Origin: an uncultured Bacilli bacterium
GTDB lineage: Bacteria > Bacillota_I > Bacilli_A > RF39 > UBA660
Length of the DNA: 64,000 nt
Assembly (NCBI GenBank): GCA_963931185.1
Contig: OZ006981.1
Coordinates: forward strand, 766,859 to 830,858
Direction of reading: 5' to 3'
In this document: in pieces, positions 1-10,305 of the stretch
Layout of the letters: the number at the start of each line of letters is the position of its first letter
Position numbering within the stretch: the first letter of the stretch is position 1
Translations under genes and position numbers: made by a program
Notes under the pieces: model-generated
Databases searched by the model: none
What the model saw: the letters and a program-made list of their open reading frames with translations, nothing else
Told to the model about the DNA's origin: nothing

Positions 1-478
1 GATTTAAAGATTTGTGTTGAGATTTATACCAAGAGTTAAGAGTAGAAGAAACAGCATCAAATAAAAGATTAAGTCTAGAACGTTTTTCTAAAAAAAGAGG
101 CCAAAGAATATCAGAAATAGTAAAAACAAGATGTCTGTGGGTTGAAGAAATTAATTTTGATTCGATAGATAAAGAACGTTGTTTAGAATATTTAATACCA
201 CAAGAGTTACAGAATCTAGATTTGCAAGTATGATAAACAAATTTATAATTACCACAACTAGGACATTTAAAAACAGAAGTACCAAGTTTAGGAGAATTAC
301 AAATCATCGTTCTTTTGACATCCCTAAAAACAACAGGTCTAATATATAAATTTTTATATTCAGCAAATTTAACAAAATTATCCCAATAAGAAATAAAAAC
401 ATCTTTTAGCTTGAAATGTTTATTTTTAGGATATTTAATTCTTAACTCTTTTTCGGTTTTAAAAGTATCTATTATCAT
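1..478 (-). mobile_element. IS91-family (Y2/HUH rolling-circle) transposase, N-terminal about 159 aa; the ORF runs off the window start
   Basis: Manual minus-strand translation from ATG at 478: MIIDTFKTEKELRIKYPKNKHFKLKDVFISYWDNFVKFAEYKNLYIRPVVFRDVKRTMICNSPKLGTSVFKCPSCGNYKFVYHTCKSRFCNSCGIKYSKQRSLSIESKLISSTHRHLVFTISDILWPLFLEKRSRLNLLFDAVSSTLNSWYKSQHKSLN... It has an N-terminal CxxC...C.SR.C.SCG zinc-binding motif followed by an H.HLVFT motif. This arrangement resembles IS91-family transposase N-termini. The ORF is not in the supplied track because it is truncated. Confidence 0.45.
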
Positions 479-549
479 AATAATATTATATTACAAATTA
501 AAACAACCTCAAAGAGGTTGGCGAATGAAATTTATTTCATTCTTTTTTT
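478..549. repeat. Hairpin repeat element, copy 1: AACCTCAAAGAGGTT stem-loop, then GAATGAAATTTATTTCATTC stem-loop, then a T-run. A second copy lies at 35468..35552.
   Basis: Two perfect hairpins plus T7 seen directly. About 70 bp shares roughly 80% identity with 35468..35552. Confidence 0.6.
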
Positions 550-751
550 ATATAATAAAAAAATACTAAACTAGCTTAATATCATTATAAAAAAATCACT
601 AATTACTAAAAACAATATTCAAAATAGTTACTACAACAATGATAGTTAATTTGAAATGTCTTTAATTAATAAATTTAAAATTCATAGCTTATTGATAACG
701 GACCAAGAAATATAATTTGATTTATATAATTTTTTATTTAAAAAAATTTAT

Positions 752-800
752 AAAGTATTGTGAAGAAAATAAAAGTATTGTAAATTTTAAATAATACAAT
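752..800 (+). promoter_or_regulatory. Direct-repeat regulatory module upstream of yabP: AAAGTATTGT at 752-761 and 772-781. The second repeat overlaps a TTGTAA -35-like hexamer.
   Basis: A near-identical 50-bp module recurs at 53382..53436 upstream of the prepilin-like gene. A possible sigma-E-like promoter (ATATT ... CATAAAGT) follows at 819..846. Confidence 0.45.
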
Positions 801-861
801 ATTAAAAATAAAAGTATGTATATTTATTAAGAAAAAACATAAAGTCTACTAGGAGGACTTT

Positions 862-1161
862 ATGGAAAAAACAGATGATACAATTAATAACTATAATCAT
901 GGAATAACATTAGTAGAAAGAAAAAGTTTAATTGTTACAGGCGTAAAGAAAATAGAAAATTTTGATGATGAAGAATTTTTGATGGAAACAAGCATGGGTT
1001 TTTTAGTAGTTAAAGGAGAAGACCTAGAATTAATAAAGTTAGATACAATGAAAGGAAATGTATCAATAAAAGGAACTATTAAAGGACTTACTTATATTGA
1101 AGATATTAAAAATAAAGATAAAAATAAAGAACAAGGTATATTTAATAGATTATTTAAATAA
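862..1161 (+). CDS. yabP: Sporulation protein YabP
   Basis: About 100 aa with a YabP-like pattern (ITLVERKSLIVTGVKKIENFDDEEFLMETSMGFLVVKGEDL...). A GGAGG RBS precedes it, and it is followed by a yabQ-like membrane ORF. Confidence 0.6.
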   Translation: MEKTDDTINNYNHGITLVERKSLIVTGVKKIENFDDEEFLMETSMGFLVVKGEDLELIKLDTMKGNVSIKGTIKGLTYIEDIKNKDKNKEQGIFNRLFK

Positions 1162-1454
1162 TGAATTTAGAGATACAAATACAATCGTTAATATCTTCAT
1201 TTGTATATGGACTATATCTTTCATTAATATACAATATATTTTATAAATATTTATATCACAAAAAAATAATTATAAAAGTAATATCCAATTTCTTATTTAC
1301 TATAATAAATGTATCAGCTTATTTTTTTATATTAATGTTAATAAATAAAGGAAGTATTCATATTTATTTTTTAATTTCTCTTATAGGTGGTTTTTTAGTA
1401 GGTAATAAAACTACAAAAAAAATAAGAACAAAAGTAGTTGACAAAAAAATATAA
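1161..1454 (+). CDS. yabQ: Spore cortex biosynthesis protein YabQ-like small membrane protein
   Basis: 97 aa with 3 predicted TM segments. Its start overlaps the yabP stop, the conserved yabP-yabQ arrangement. Confidence 0.45.
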   Translation: MNLEIQIQSLISSFVYGLYLSLIYNIFYKYLYHKKIIIKVISNFLFTIINVSAYFFILMLINKGSIHIYFLISLIGGFLVGNKTTKKIRTKVVDKKI

Positions 1455-1494
1455 AAAATATATTATTAAATTAATAACTTTGATGAAGAAAAGT

Positions 1495-1745
1495 AATATT
1501 AACAAAGTTAAAGTGAGCTAAGGATAGTGAGAACTTAGTAATAGAGTTAATATGAAAGAACACTTCGGAGTTGTCTATCGAAAGGTTTCAAGTAGGTTAG
1601 ACCGGATTGTAATCCGTTACCATATTACTAGGTTTGTTAGAACTAAAAGTGATCATATAAGTATGATAATTTGGGTGGTACCGCGGATTTTCAGTTATTC
1701 GTCCCATTGTTGGGAAGAATAACTTTTTATTTTATTCTCTCAATT
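1495..1745 (+). promoter_or_regulatory. T-box riboswitch leader of asnB (specifier presumably Asn)
   Basis: Conserved T-box motif AATTTGGGTGGTACCGCGG at 1668-1686. A terminator hairpin AGTTATTC...GAATAACT plus T-run lies at 1702-1741. About 290 nt of untranslated leader precedes an aminoacyl-related biosynthetic gene. Confidence 0.75.
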
Positions 1746-1774
1746 TAACTGAGTAAAGAAAGAGAGGATTTTAT

Positions 1775-3358
1775 ATGTGTGGATTTATGGTATATACAAA
1801 AAAAGATATATCAAAAGAAAAACTAGAAAAGGAATTTAAAAAAATAAAACATCGTGGACCAGATATGACTAAAATAATCGAAAAAGATTCAAATACGTTT
1901 CTTTTTCATAGATTAGCAATAATGGGATTGGATGAAAAAGGAATGCAACCATTTGAAAAAAATAATAAGATAGTTGTATGTAATGGAGAATTATATGGTT
2001 TTCGAAAAGAAAAGAAAAATCTAATGGAAAAAGGATATACATTTGAAAGCGAAAGTGATTGTGAAATTTTAATACCTATGTATGAGACATATGGAATTGA
2101 AATGTTTAATAAACTAGATGCAGAATACGCACTGGTAATGTATGATGAAAAAAGCAAAAAAATAATTGCTGCCAGAGACCCAATTGGAATAAGACCAATG
2201 TTTTATGGATTTTCTAAAATAAGTGGTGAAATAATGTTTGCAAGTGAAGTAAAAGCAATAAATGATTTATGCAATGAAGTTAAGCCATTCCCACCTGGTT
2301 ATTTTTACATAAATGGAGTTTTTACTAAATATTATGATGCTACAGAAGTTCATAAAAGAAATAACGACAATTTGAATACTATTTTTAAAGAAATAAATAA
2401 AAAATTAACAAAAGCAGTTATAAAAAGACTTGACTCAGATGCTCCACTTGGTTTTTTATTAAGTGGGGGACTTGATTCTAGTTTAGTTTGCAGCATTGCA
2501 ACTAAGTATTTAAAAAAGCCTATAAGAACATTTTCCATTGGTATGGATAAAGATGCAATTGATTTAAAATATGCAAAACAAGTTGCAGAGTATATTGGTA
2601 GCAAACACACAGAAGTAATAATAACAAAAGAAGATATAAAAAAAGCCCTTGAAGAAGTTATTTATAAGCTAGAAACATGGGATATAACAACAATAAGAGC
2701 TTCAATTGGAATGTATTTATTATGTAAATGGATTAAGGAAAATACGGACATCAAGGTATTGCTAACAGGAGAAGTTAGTGATGAGTTATTTGGATATAAA
2801 TATACAGATTTTGCCCCAAATGCTAAAGAATTTCAAAAAGAAAGCAAAAAAAGAATACGAGAACTATATATGTATGATGTACTACGTGCTGATAGGTGTA
2901 TATCAGGAGTATCAATTGAAGCAAGAGTACCTTTTGCTGATTTAGAATTTGTTGACTATGTAATGGGAATTGATCCAGAAAAAAAATTAAATAAGTATAA
3001 TATGGGAAAATATTTATTAAGGCAAGCATTCAAAGACAACTATTTACCCGAAAACATTTTATACAGAGAAAAAGCTGCTTTTAGTGATGCAGTAGGACAC
3101 TCTTTAGTAGATGATTTAAAAGACATGGCTAATGAATTGTATAGTGATGATGATTATCAAATAAAGAAGGAAAAATATAAAAAACATATTCCATTTACAA
3201 AAGAGTCATTAATGTATAGAGAAATTTTTGAAAAATATTATACTAATAGAGATGATTTAATAATTGATTATTGGATGCCAAATAAAGAATGGGAAGGATG
3301 TAACGTTAATGATCCTAGTGCTAGAGTATTGTCAAATTATGGAGCAAGCGGAGAATAA
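1775..3358 (+). CDS. asnB: Asparagine synthase (glutamine-hydrolysing)
   Basis: N-terminal MCGF class-II glutamine amidotransferase nucleophile and the SGGLDSS PP-loop motif; 527 aa. Confidence 0.9.
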   Translation: MCGFMVYTKKDISKEKLEKEFKKIKHRGPDMTKIIEKDSNTFLFHRLAIMGLDEKGMQPFEKNNKIVVCNGELYGFRKEKKNLMEKGYTFESESDCEILIPMYETYGIEMFNKLDAEYALVMYDEKSKKIIAARDPIGIRPMFYGFSKISGEIMFASEVKAINDLCNEVKPFPPGYFYINGVFTKYYDATEVHKRNNDNLNTIFKEINKKLTKAVIKRLDSDAPLGFLLSGGLDSSLVCSIATKYLKKPIRTFSIGMDKDAIDLKYAKQVAEYIGSKHTEVIITKEDIKKALEEVIYKLETWDITTIRASIGMYLLCKWIKENTDIKVLLTGEVSDELFGYKYTDFAPNAKEFQKESKKRIRELYMYDVLRADRCISGVSIEARVPFADLEFVDYVMGIDPEKKLNKYNMGKYLLRQAFKDNYLPENILYREKAAFSDAVGHSLVDDLKDMANELYSDDDYQIKKEKYKKHIPFTKESLMYREIFEKYYTNRDDLIIDYWMPNKEWEGCNVNDPSARVLSNYGASGE

Positions 3359-3372
3359 TTAATTAGGTTTTC

Positions 3373-3400
3373 AAAAGAGCAAATATTCTGCTCTTTTAAT
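3373..3400 (+). terminator. Rho-independent terminator after asnB
   Basis: AGAGCA-aatatt-TGCTCT hairpin followed by a T-run. Confidence 0.6.
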
Positions 3401-3447
3401 TTTTTTCTTTTTAGTGTATACTAGTATAGTAATTATGGAGGTATATT

Positions 3448-4416
3448 ATGCAAATTATGGATAAGAAAAAAGCAATTGACAAATTAATAAAAGAAGCAAC
3501 CTCTATATTTATAATGGGGCACAGATATTTAGATTTAGATGCAATTGGAAGTGCAATTGGCATTTATAAATATGTAGAAACACTTAATAAAAAGCCAACG
3601 ATTATTATAAATGATAGAAAGCTAGAACCAGGCGTAAAAAAAATAATTGATAGAATGGGAGATTTGTATTCAATAAATAAAGGAAAAAAAATAAAATTAA
3701 AAATAACAGATAAAAGCCTTTTAATAATAGTAGATACAAATAAAGAACAATTATTGCAGGATAGTGAATTGTTTTCTTGTTTTAATAATGTAATAGTAAT
3801 AGATCATCATGATTTAAATGAAAATTCAATAAAAAAGGGATTAGTAATAATTGACGAAAATTCTTCTAGTACTTGTGAAATGGTAGCAGACTTTATTGAA
3901 GGTAGTAAAACTTATATTGATGAAGATGTTGCTACAGTATTATTATCTGGTATAGTATTAGATACTAATAATTATGTATTAAAAACAACTACTAATACTT
4001 TTAGAGCATCGTATCATTTAACGCAAAAAGGAGCAGATCCGTCATATGTGCAATATTTGTTAAAACAGAACATTAAGGATTATATTGCAAGACAAAAAGT
4101 AATAACTAATGTAAAAATAATAAAAAATATTGCTATCTCTTCAGCAAAGTCAACTATAACATATAGAAGAGAAGATTTAGCAAAAATAGCGGATACACTA
4201 ATATTATTTAATAAAATAGAAGCATCCTTTGTAATTGGCAAGCTAGATAAAAAAACTACTGGAATAAGCGCTAGATCAATTGGAAATATAGATGTTGGAA
4301 AAATACTTGAAAACTTTCAGGGCGGTGGAGATAACCACGAAGCAGGAGCAAGAATTGAAAATACAAGTATAAAAAAGATAGAGAATCAACTAAAAGAATT
4401 GTTAAAAACTATATAA
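3448..4416 (+). CDS. DHH/DHHA1 family phosphoesterase (NrnA/GdpP-like catalytic module)
   Basis: DHH motif (VIVIDHHD), a DHHA1 GGGxxH motif, and a position upstream of rplI-dnaB as in the Bacillus yybT locus. Confidence 0.7.
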   Translation: MQIMDKKKAIDKLIKEATSIFIMGHRYLDLDAIGSAIGIYKYVETLNKKPTIIINDRKLEPGVKKIIDRMGDLYSINKGKKIKLKITDKSLLIIVDTNKEQLLQDSELFSCFNNVIVIDHHDLNENSIKKGLVIIDENSSSTCEMVADFIEGSKTYIDEDVATVLLSGIVLDTNNYVLKTTTNTFRASYHLTQKGADPSYVQYLLKQNIKDYIARQKVITNVKIIKNIAISSAKSTITYRREDLAKIADTLILFNKIEASFVIGKLDKKTTGISARSIGNIDVGKILENFQGGGDNHEAGARIENTSIKKIENQLKELLKTI

Positions 4417-4429
4417 GAAAGGAGTAAAT

Positions 4430-4870
4430 ATGAAAGTAATATTTTTAAAAGACGTAAAAGGTCAAGGTAAAAAAGGTGAAATTAAAGAGGTAAAAGATGG
4501 CTATGCTCAAAATTATTTGATAAAAAATGGTTATGCCGATAAGCTGACAGAATCTTCATATCAAAAATATTTGAATGACAAAAAAGAAGAACAAGAAGAA
4601 GATATGAAAAATAGAAAAGAAGCAAATGAAACAAAGCTAGCACTAGAAAAAGTTGAATTGATTTTTAAAGTAAAAACCGGAAAAATGGATAAAGTTTTTG
4701 GAAGTGTTAGTTCAAAGCAAATAAAAGAAGACTTAGAAAAATTAGGAATATTTGTTAATAAAAAACAGATTGATATGCAAGAAGGATTATCGACACTTGG
4801 ATATCATAATGTTAATGTTCAATTGTACAAAGATGTTTATGGAGTTGTAAAAGTAAAATTAGAAAAATAG
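4430..4870 (+). CDS. rplI: 50S ribosomal protein L9
   Basis: [31 protein letters not shown] is the canonical L9 N-terminus. Confidence 0.9.
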   Translation: MKVIFLKDVKGQGKKGEIKEVKDGYAQNYLIKNGYADKLTESSYQKYLNDKKEEQEEDMKNRKEANETKLALEKVELIFKVKTGKMDKVFGSVSSKQIKEDLEKLGIFVNKKQIDMQEGLSTLGYHNVNVQLYKDVYGVVKVKLEK

Positions 4871-4880
4871 GAGGTAGAAA

Positions 4881-6236
4881 ATGGCATTAAGAGAAATACC
4901 TAATGATATAACAGCTGAACAATCGGTATTAGGATCAATGTTTTTATCAACATACGCCTTACAAAAAGCTTGTGATGCTTTAAACGAAGAATCTTTTTAT
5001 TATAGTAATAATGCAAAAATATTTTCAACAATAAAAGAAATGTTTGATCATAAAATACCAATTGATGCTACAACAGTTACCTCTGAATTAAAAAATAAAG
5101 GAATACTAGGACAAGTTGGTGGTGTTGAATATTTAACAGAAATATTTAATATTGTTCCAACAGCAGCTAATATCGAACATTATATAAGATTAGTTGAAAA
5201 TTCAGCAGTACTAAGAAGACTTATAGAAGTATCTACCGATATAACAACAACCGCCTACGATAAATCATTTGATATTAATAATGTTTTAGATGATGCTGAA
5301 AGAAAAATATTAGGAGTAGTAAAGAATAGAAGATCTACTGAATTTAGAGATATAAAAGAAGTATTAAATAGTACAAAAAACAATTTAGAAAAACTATCAA
5401 TGCAAAAAGGAGAAGTAACAGGACTTTCAACAGGATGGGAACGTTTAGATAAATTAACAGCTGGTCTTCATGAAGGACAACTTATAATAGTAGCAGCACG
5501 TCCTGCCATGGGAAAAAGTGCTTGGGCTTTAAATTTAGCAACAAATGCAGCAATTAATTCTAATAAAACAGTAGCTATATTTAACTTGGAGATGAGTGCT
5601 GAAAGCCTAGCATCAAGAATGATTGCATCTTTAGGGCATATTGAAGGTTATAAACTAGCAACTGGTAATTTAAAAAATGATTGGGATAAAGTAAATGAAG
5701 CTTTAAGTAAACTAGAAAATACTAATATATATATGGATGATACAGCAGGAATAACGATTGGAGAGATAAGAAGTAAATGCCGAAGATTAGCTAATAGTGA
5801 TAAAGGATTGGATTTAATTATTATCGATTATCTTCAGTTAATAACTTCATCAGTTAATTATGGAACAAATAGACAACAAGAAGTATCTGATATATCTCGT
5901 GCTTTAAAACTTATGGCATTAGAGTTAAAAGTTCCAGTAGTAGCACTAGCACAATTATCGCGTTCTGCTGAACAAAGAAAAGAAAATCCTAGACCTATTC
6001 TTAGTGATTTAAGAGAATCTGGTTCTATAGAACAAGATGCTGATATAGTAGCATTTCTTTATAGAGAAGATTATTATAAAAAAGATTTAGAGAAAAAAGA
6101 TCAAGTTAGTGATTGTGAATTTATTGTTGCAAAACATCGTAATGGTGCAACTGGTACAATTCCATTAAGATTTAAAAAAGATATATCTAAATTCTTTTCA
6201 ATATTTGATGAAAATAGTGGTGAAAAAAATGAATAA
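4881..6236 (+). CDS. dnaB: Replicative DNA helicase
   Basis: DnaB N-terminal domain, a Walker A motif (AARPAMGKS) and a RecA-like fold; 451 aa. Confidence 0.9.
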   Translation: MALREIPNDITAEQSVLGSMFLSTYALQKACDALNEESFYYSNNAKIFSTIKEMFDHKIPIDATTVTSELKNKGILGQVGGVEYLTEIFNIVPTAANIEHYIRLVENSAVLRRLIEVSTDITTTAYDKSFDINNVLDDAERKILGVVKNRRSTEFRDIKEVLNSTKNNLEKLSMQKGEVTGLSTGWERLDKLTAGLHEGQLIIVAARPAMGKSAWALNLATNAAINSNKTVAIFNLEMSAESLASRMIASLGHIEGYKLATGNLKNDWDKVNEALSKLENTNIYMDDTAGITIGEIRSKCRRLANSDKGLDLIIIDYLQLITSSVNYGTNRQQEVSDISRALKLMALELKVPVVALAQLSRSAEQRKENPRPILSDLRESGSIEQDADIVAFLYREDYYKKDLEKKDQVSDCEFIVAKHRNGATGTIPLRFKKDISKFFSIFDENSGEKNE

Positions 6237-7695
6237 AAAAACAATTTTTATAACATTTATATGTTTAATACTAAGTTCATTTGTATTCTTTGTTGGTTAT
6301 AAAAAAATGGATAATCCTCAAGAATTATATAGAGTTTATTTAAAAGGAGAGACTATTGGTTATATAGAAAATAAAGAATTATTAGAAAAGTATATTGATG
6401 ATGCACAAATATCTTTAAAGGAAAAATATAATGTTGATAAAGTATATGCACCTAATGAACTAGATGTTATAAAAGAAGTAACTTATAATCAAAAAATTTC
6501 AACAGAAGAAGAAATTTATGAAAAAATAAAAGACAAATCTCCATTTACCATTAATGGTTATAAAATAACTATAAAGGGTATTAAAACTGTTGATGAAGAA
6601 CAAGGAGAAATTACTACAGAAGATATAGTTGTTTATGTTTTAGATAAAGAATTATTTAATGAAGCTGTAAAGAATACAGTAGAAGTTTTTGTTCCAGAAG
6701 AAAATTACAATAATTTTGTAAATAATACTCAAAAAGAAATAACTGATGTTGGAACAATAATAGAAGACATTTACATAAAAAACGAAATAACAATAAAAGA
6801 AGGTAGAATATCCACAGAAGAAACAATATTTACTGATTTAGATGAATTAAATAAATATCTATTATTTGGAACAACAGAAGAACAACAAAAGTATACTGTA
6901 AAAGATGGTGATATAATAAGTGATATTGCATACAATAATAAACTATCAGTAGAAGAGTTTTTAATAGCAAATCCTGAATTTACTAGTGCTAATAATTTAT
7001 TATATGAAGGACAAATTGTTAATTTAGGATTAATAAATCCAATGTTTAATTTAATTGAAGAAGATCACGTAGTAGAAATACAAACGCAAAAATATGATAC
7101 TATAATAGAATATGATTCATCATTATTAGTTGGATATGAAAAAGTAACACAACAAGGCGTAGATGGTACAGTTAAAGTAACCAAAAAAGTTCAGAAATCA
7201 AACGGAGAGATAGAATCAGCTGTAATAACAAATACAGAAGTTGTTAAACCAACAGTATCAAAAATAGTAGTTAAAGGAAGTAAGGTTATTCCTACAGTTG
7301 GTAACGTTGGTGTATGGTATTGGCCTACTAACAAGCCATATATTATTACTAGTACATATGGATGGCGTTGGGGAAAACTTCATGAAGGATTAGATATATC
7401 TGGAACAGGATATGGTTCTCCAATATATGCAGCAAATAATGGAACTATAGAAAAAGCTGGATATACTTCTACAAATGGTAATTATATATATATAAATCAC
7501 AATAATGGTTATTATTCAATATATGCCCATCTTGCATCAATAAACGTAACAGTAGGGCAAGCAGTATCAATGGGAGATAAAATAGGTACAATGGGACAGT
7601 CTGGTTATGCTTTTGGAACACATTTACATTTTGGAATATATAAAGGTTATCCATTTGTTGGTGGATATCCTGTTAATCCTTTAAGTTTTTACTAA
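6229..7695 (+). CDS. LysM-containing M23 family peptidase (membrane-anchored)
   Basis: N-terminal TM segment, a LysM-like segment (YTVKDGDIISDIAYNNKLSVEEFLIANP), and a C-terminal intact M23 motif (GTHLHFGIY). The start is probably ATG 6229 (MNKKTIF). Confidence 0.75.
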   Translation: MNKKTIFITFICLILSSFVFFVGYKKMDNPQELYRVYLKGETIGYIENKELLEKYIDDAQISLKEKYNVDKVYAPNELDVIKEVTYNQKISTEEEIYEKIKDKSPFTINGYKITIKGIKTVDEEQGEITTEDIVVYVLDKELFNEAVKNTVEVFVPEENYNNFVNNTQKEITDVGTIIEDIYIKNEITIKEGRISTEETIFTDLDELNKYLLFGTTEEQQKYTVKDGDIISDIAYNNKLSVEEFLIANPEFTSANNLLYEGQIVNLGLINPMFNLIEEDHVVEIQTQKYDTIIEYDSSLLVGYEKVTQQGVDGTVKVTKKVQKSNGEIESAVITNTEVVKPTVSKIVVKGSKVIPTVGNVGVWYWPTNKPYIITSTYGWRWGKLHEGLDISGTGYGSPIYAANNGTIEKAGYTSTNGNYIYINHNNGYYSIYAHLASINVTVGQAVSMGDKIGTMGQSGYAFGTHLHFGIYKGYPFVGGYPVNPLSFY

Positions 7696-8456
7696 TGAAA
7701 ATACAAGTATTAGCAAGTGGTTCCAAAGGAAATTGTACATATATTGAAACAACAAATACAAAAATATTAATTGATTGTGGAATTAGTTTTTTAAGAATAA
7801 AAAATGAACTAGAGAAAATAAATATTAAACCAGAATCATTAAATGGAATATTAATAAGCCATATTCATAATGATCATATAAGTGGTTTAGCTTCATTGAT
7901 AAAAAAAATAAATATTCCTGTATATATTCATGACGATTTATATTTAGAAATAAAAAAAATAATACCAATTGAAAATATAAAAATAATAAATAGTGACTTT
8001 TTGATAAATAACATTAACATTAAGCTTATAACAGCATCTCATGATGTACCTACATTTGGATTTATAATAGATGATGGAATAAATAGTGCTGTTTATTTAA
8101 CAGATACTGGATATATAAATAGAAAATACTATGAACTAACTAAAAATAAAACAATATACATAATAGAGTCAAATCACGATGAAAAAATGTTAATGGAAGG
8201 AAAATATCCTTATATTTTAAAACAAAGAGTATTAAGTGATAAAGGACATTTATCAAATAGATATACAGGAAGATATTTAAATAAAACAATTGGAAATAAT
8301 ACAAAATACATAATACTTGCACATTTAAGTGAAAATAATAATACACCAGAATTAGCCTTAGAACAGGTAAAAGAACAATTATCAGATATAGAATTTAATT
8401 ATGAAAAAATAATTATAGCAAAACAATATGAAGAAACTGAAATGGTGGAAGTATAA
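7695..8456 (+). CDS. MBL-fold metallo-hydrolase (WalJ/YycJ-like)
   Basis: HxHxDH motif (SHIHNDHISG), about 250 aa, and a position immediately upstream of rlmH as in Bacillus. Confidence 0.7.
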   Translation: MKIQVLASGSKGNCTYIETTNTKILIDCGISFLRIKNELEKINIKPESLNGILISHIHNDHISGLASLIKKINIPVYIHDDLYLEIKKIIPIENIKIINSDFLINNINIKLITASHDVPTFGFIIDDGINSAVYLTDTGYINRKYYELTKNKTIYIIESNHDEKMLMEGKYPYILKQRVLSDKGHLSNRYTGRYLNKTIGNNTKYIILAHLSENNNTPELALEQVKEQLSDIEFNYEKIIIAKQYEETEMVEV

Positions 8457-8911
8457 TGATAAAAATAATATGCGTAGGAAAAATAAAAGAAGATTACTTA
8501 AATAAAGGAATAGATGAGTATAAAAAAAGAATTTCTAAATACCATAATATTGAAATTTATGAATTACAAGATGAAGGGTTACGAGACAAACAAACAACAT
8601 TAAAAAAAGAAAAAGAGAAAATATTAAAAATAATAAATTCAAAAGATTATTTAATAGTATTAGATATAAATGGAAAAGAAATGAACTCAATACAACTAGC
8701 AAAAAAAATAGATGAAATATTTATATCAAATAGTAACATAACATTTATAATTGGTGGATCATATGGTATTGATGACTCAATAAAAGATTTAGCAAATCTA
8801 AAATTATCTTTTTCTAAACTAACTTTTCCGCATCAATTATTCAGAATAATATTGTTAGAACAAATATATAGAGCATTTAAAATTAATAATAATGAAGAAT
8901 ATCATAAGTAA
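8456..8911 (+). CDS. rlmH: 23S rRNA (pseudouridine1915-N3)-methyltransferase RlmH
   Basis: About 150-aa SPOUT protein with an RlmH-like pattern and a conserved genomic position. Confidence 0.75.
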   Translation: MIKIICVGKIKEDYLNKGIDEYKKRISKYHNIEIYELQDEGLRDKQTTLKKEKEKILKIINSKDYLIVLDINGKEMNSIQLAKKIDEIFISNSNITFIIGGSYGIDDSIKDLANLKLSFSKLTFPHQLFRIILLEQIYRAFKINNNEEYHK

Positions 8912-8956
8912 TAAAATTTATATTAATTAAAAGAGCAATTTAGTTGCTCATTTTTT

Positions 8957-10297
8957 ATGGAATTATTGAGAAAAAAAATAAAATCAGTTGCTTTTTTGCA
9001 ATTGACATTTTATTTTGCATATATTGTACTGGTGAAGATTATGTTAATTGAGATAAACAACATAATATGGGTTATAACAACATTTTTAATACTTTATGTT
9101 GGGATTTATTATACAATTTTTTTACGATTTCCTCAATTTAAATTTCTTTCAATTATAAAATCATTAAAGAAAAATAATAATAAAAAAAGTAATACTTTTG
9201 AATTATTATTTTTAACTTTAGCTGGAAAAATAGGTGTAGGATCTATTTCGGGAATAGCATTATGCATCTATTATGGTGGAATTGGATCATTATTTTGGCT
9301 TTGGATATCAGCTATATTATTGGCTTCGCTATCATTTATGGAAACCAAATTAGGTATTAAATATAAAGAAAATTATAAGGGAGAATCTATTGGTGGACCA
9401 TCTGTCTACATTGAAAAAGGGTTAAATATGAAAAAACTTGCTAAAGTTTATTCTATTCTTATAATTATAACTTATATATTTTCTTTTATTTCTATTCAAT
9501 CAAATACTATTATAATTTCATTAAAAAATTTAATTAATATTAATAAATTATTATTAGTTTTAATGTTAATAATATTGACTTATTTTTCAATATATAAAGG
9601 CATTAAAACAATAACTCGTATTACTAGTTTTTTAGTTCCTATTATGGGTATTTTTTATATAATTATAGGAACGATAATAATATTTAACAATTCATCTAGT
9701 GTAATAGAAATATTTAAACAAATATTTATTAATGCTTTTAATGTAAAAGCGCTAAAAATGAGTGTATTAATACCAATAGTTATTGGAATAGAAAGAGGTA
9801 TTTTTTCTAATGAAGCAGGAATGGGTACAACAGCAATGATAGCAAGCCTTTCTAATGATAATAATATTGAAAAACAAGCAAATGTTCAAATAATAGGAAC
9901 TTTTTTTACAAGTCTTATAATATGTACAATTACAGCTTTAATAATATTAACTAGTAATTATCAAAATTTAAATATAGCAAATATTAATGGTATAGAAATA
10001 GTTTCATATGCTTTTTTTGAACATTTTGGATATTTTGGAATAATTATGTTAACAATAATAATTTTTTTGTTTGCATTTTCTACAATTGTAACTTCATATT
10101 ATTATGGAGAAATAAACTTAAAATATTTAACTAAATCAAATAAATATATTAACTTATTAAAAATAATTGTTATAATAATTATTATATATAGTGCATTTAC
10201 CAATCCACAAAAATTATGGTTAATGATTGATATTATAGTAGCTTTAATATCATTAATAAATGTATATGCAATGTATAAATTACGAAAAAAATTATAG
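8957..10297 (+). CDS. Sodium:alanine (AGCS family) symporter
   Basis: Polytopic membrane protein with AGCS-like motifs (GGPSVYIEKGL, MGTTAM). Confidence 0.7.
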   Translation: MELLRKKIKSVAFLQLTFYFAYIVLVKIMLIEINNIIWVITTFLILYVGIYYTIFLRFPQFKFLSIIKSLKKNNNKKSNTFELLFLTLAGKIGVGSISGIALCIYYGGIGSLFWLWISAILLASLSFMETKLGIKYKENYKGESIGGPSVYIEKGLNMKKLAKVYSILIIITYIFSFISIQSNTIIISLKNLININKLLLVLMLIILTYFSIYKGIKTITRITSFLVPIMGIFYIIIGTIIIFNNSSSVIEIFKQIFINAFNVKALKMSVLIPIVIGIERGIFSNEAGMGTTAMIASLSNDNNIEKQANVQIIGTFFTSLIICTITALIILTSNYQNLNIANINGIEIVSYAFFEHFGYFGIIMLTIIIFLFAFSTIVTSYYYGEINLKYLTKSNKYINLLKIIVIIIIIYSAFTNPQKLWLMIDIIVALISLINVYAMYKLRKKL

Positions 10298-10305
10298 AGG
10301 TAAAT

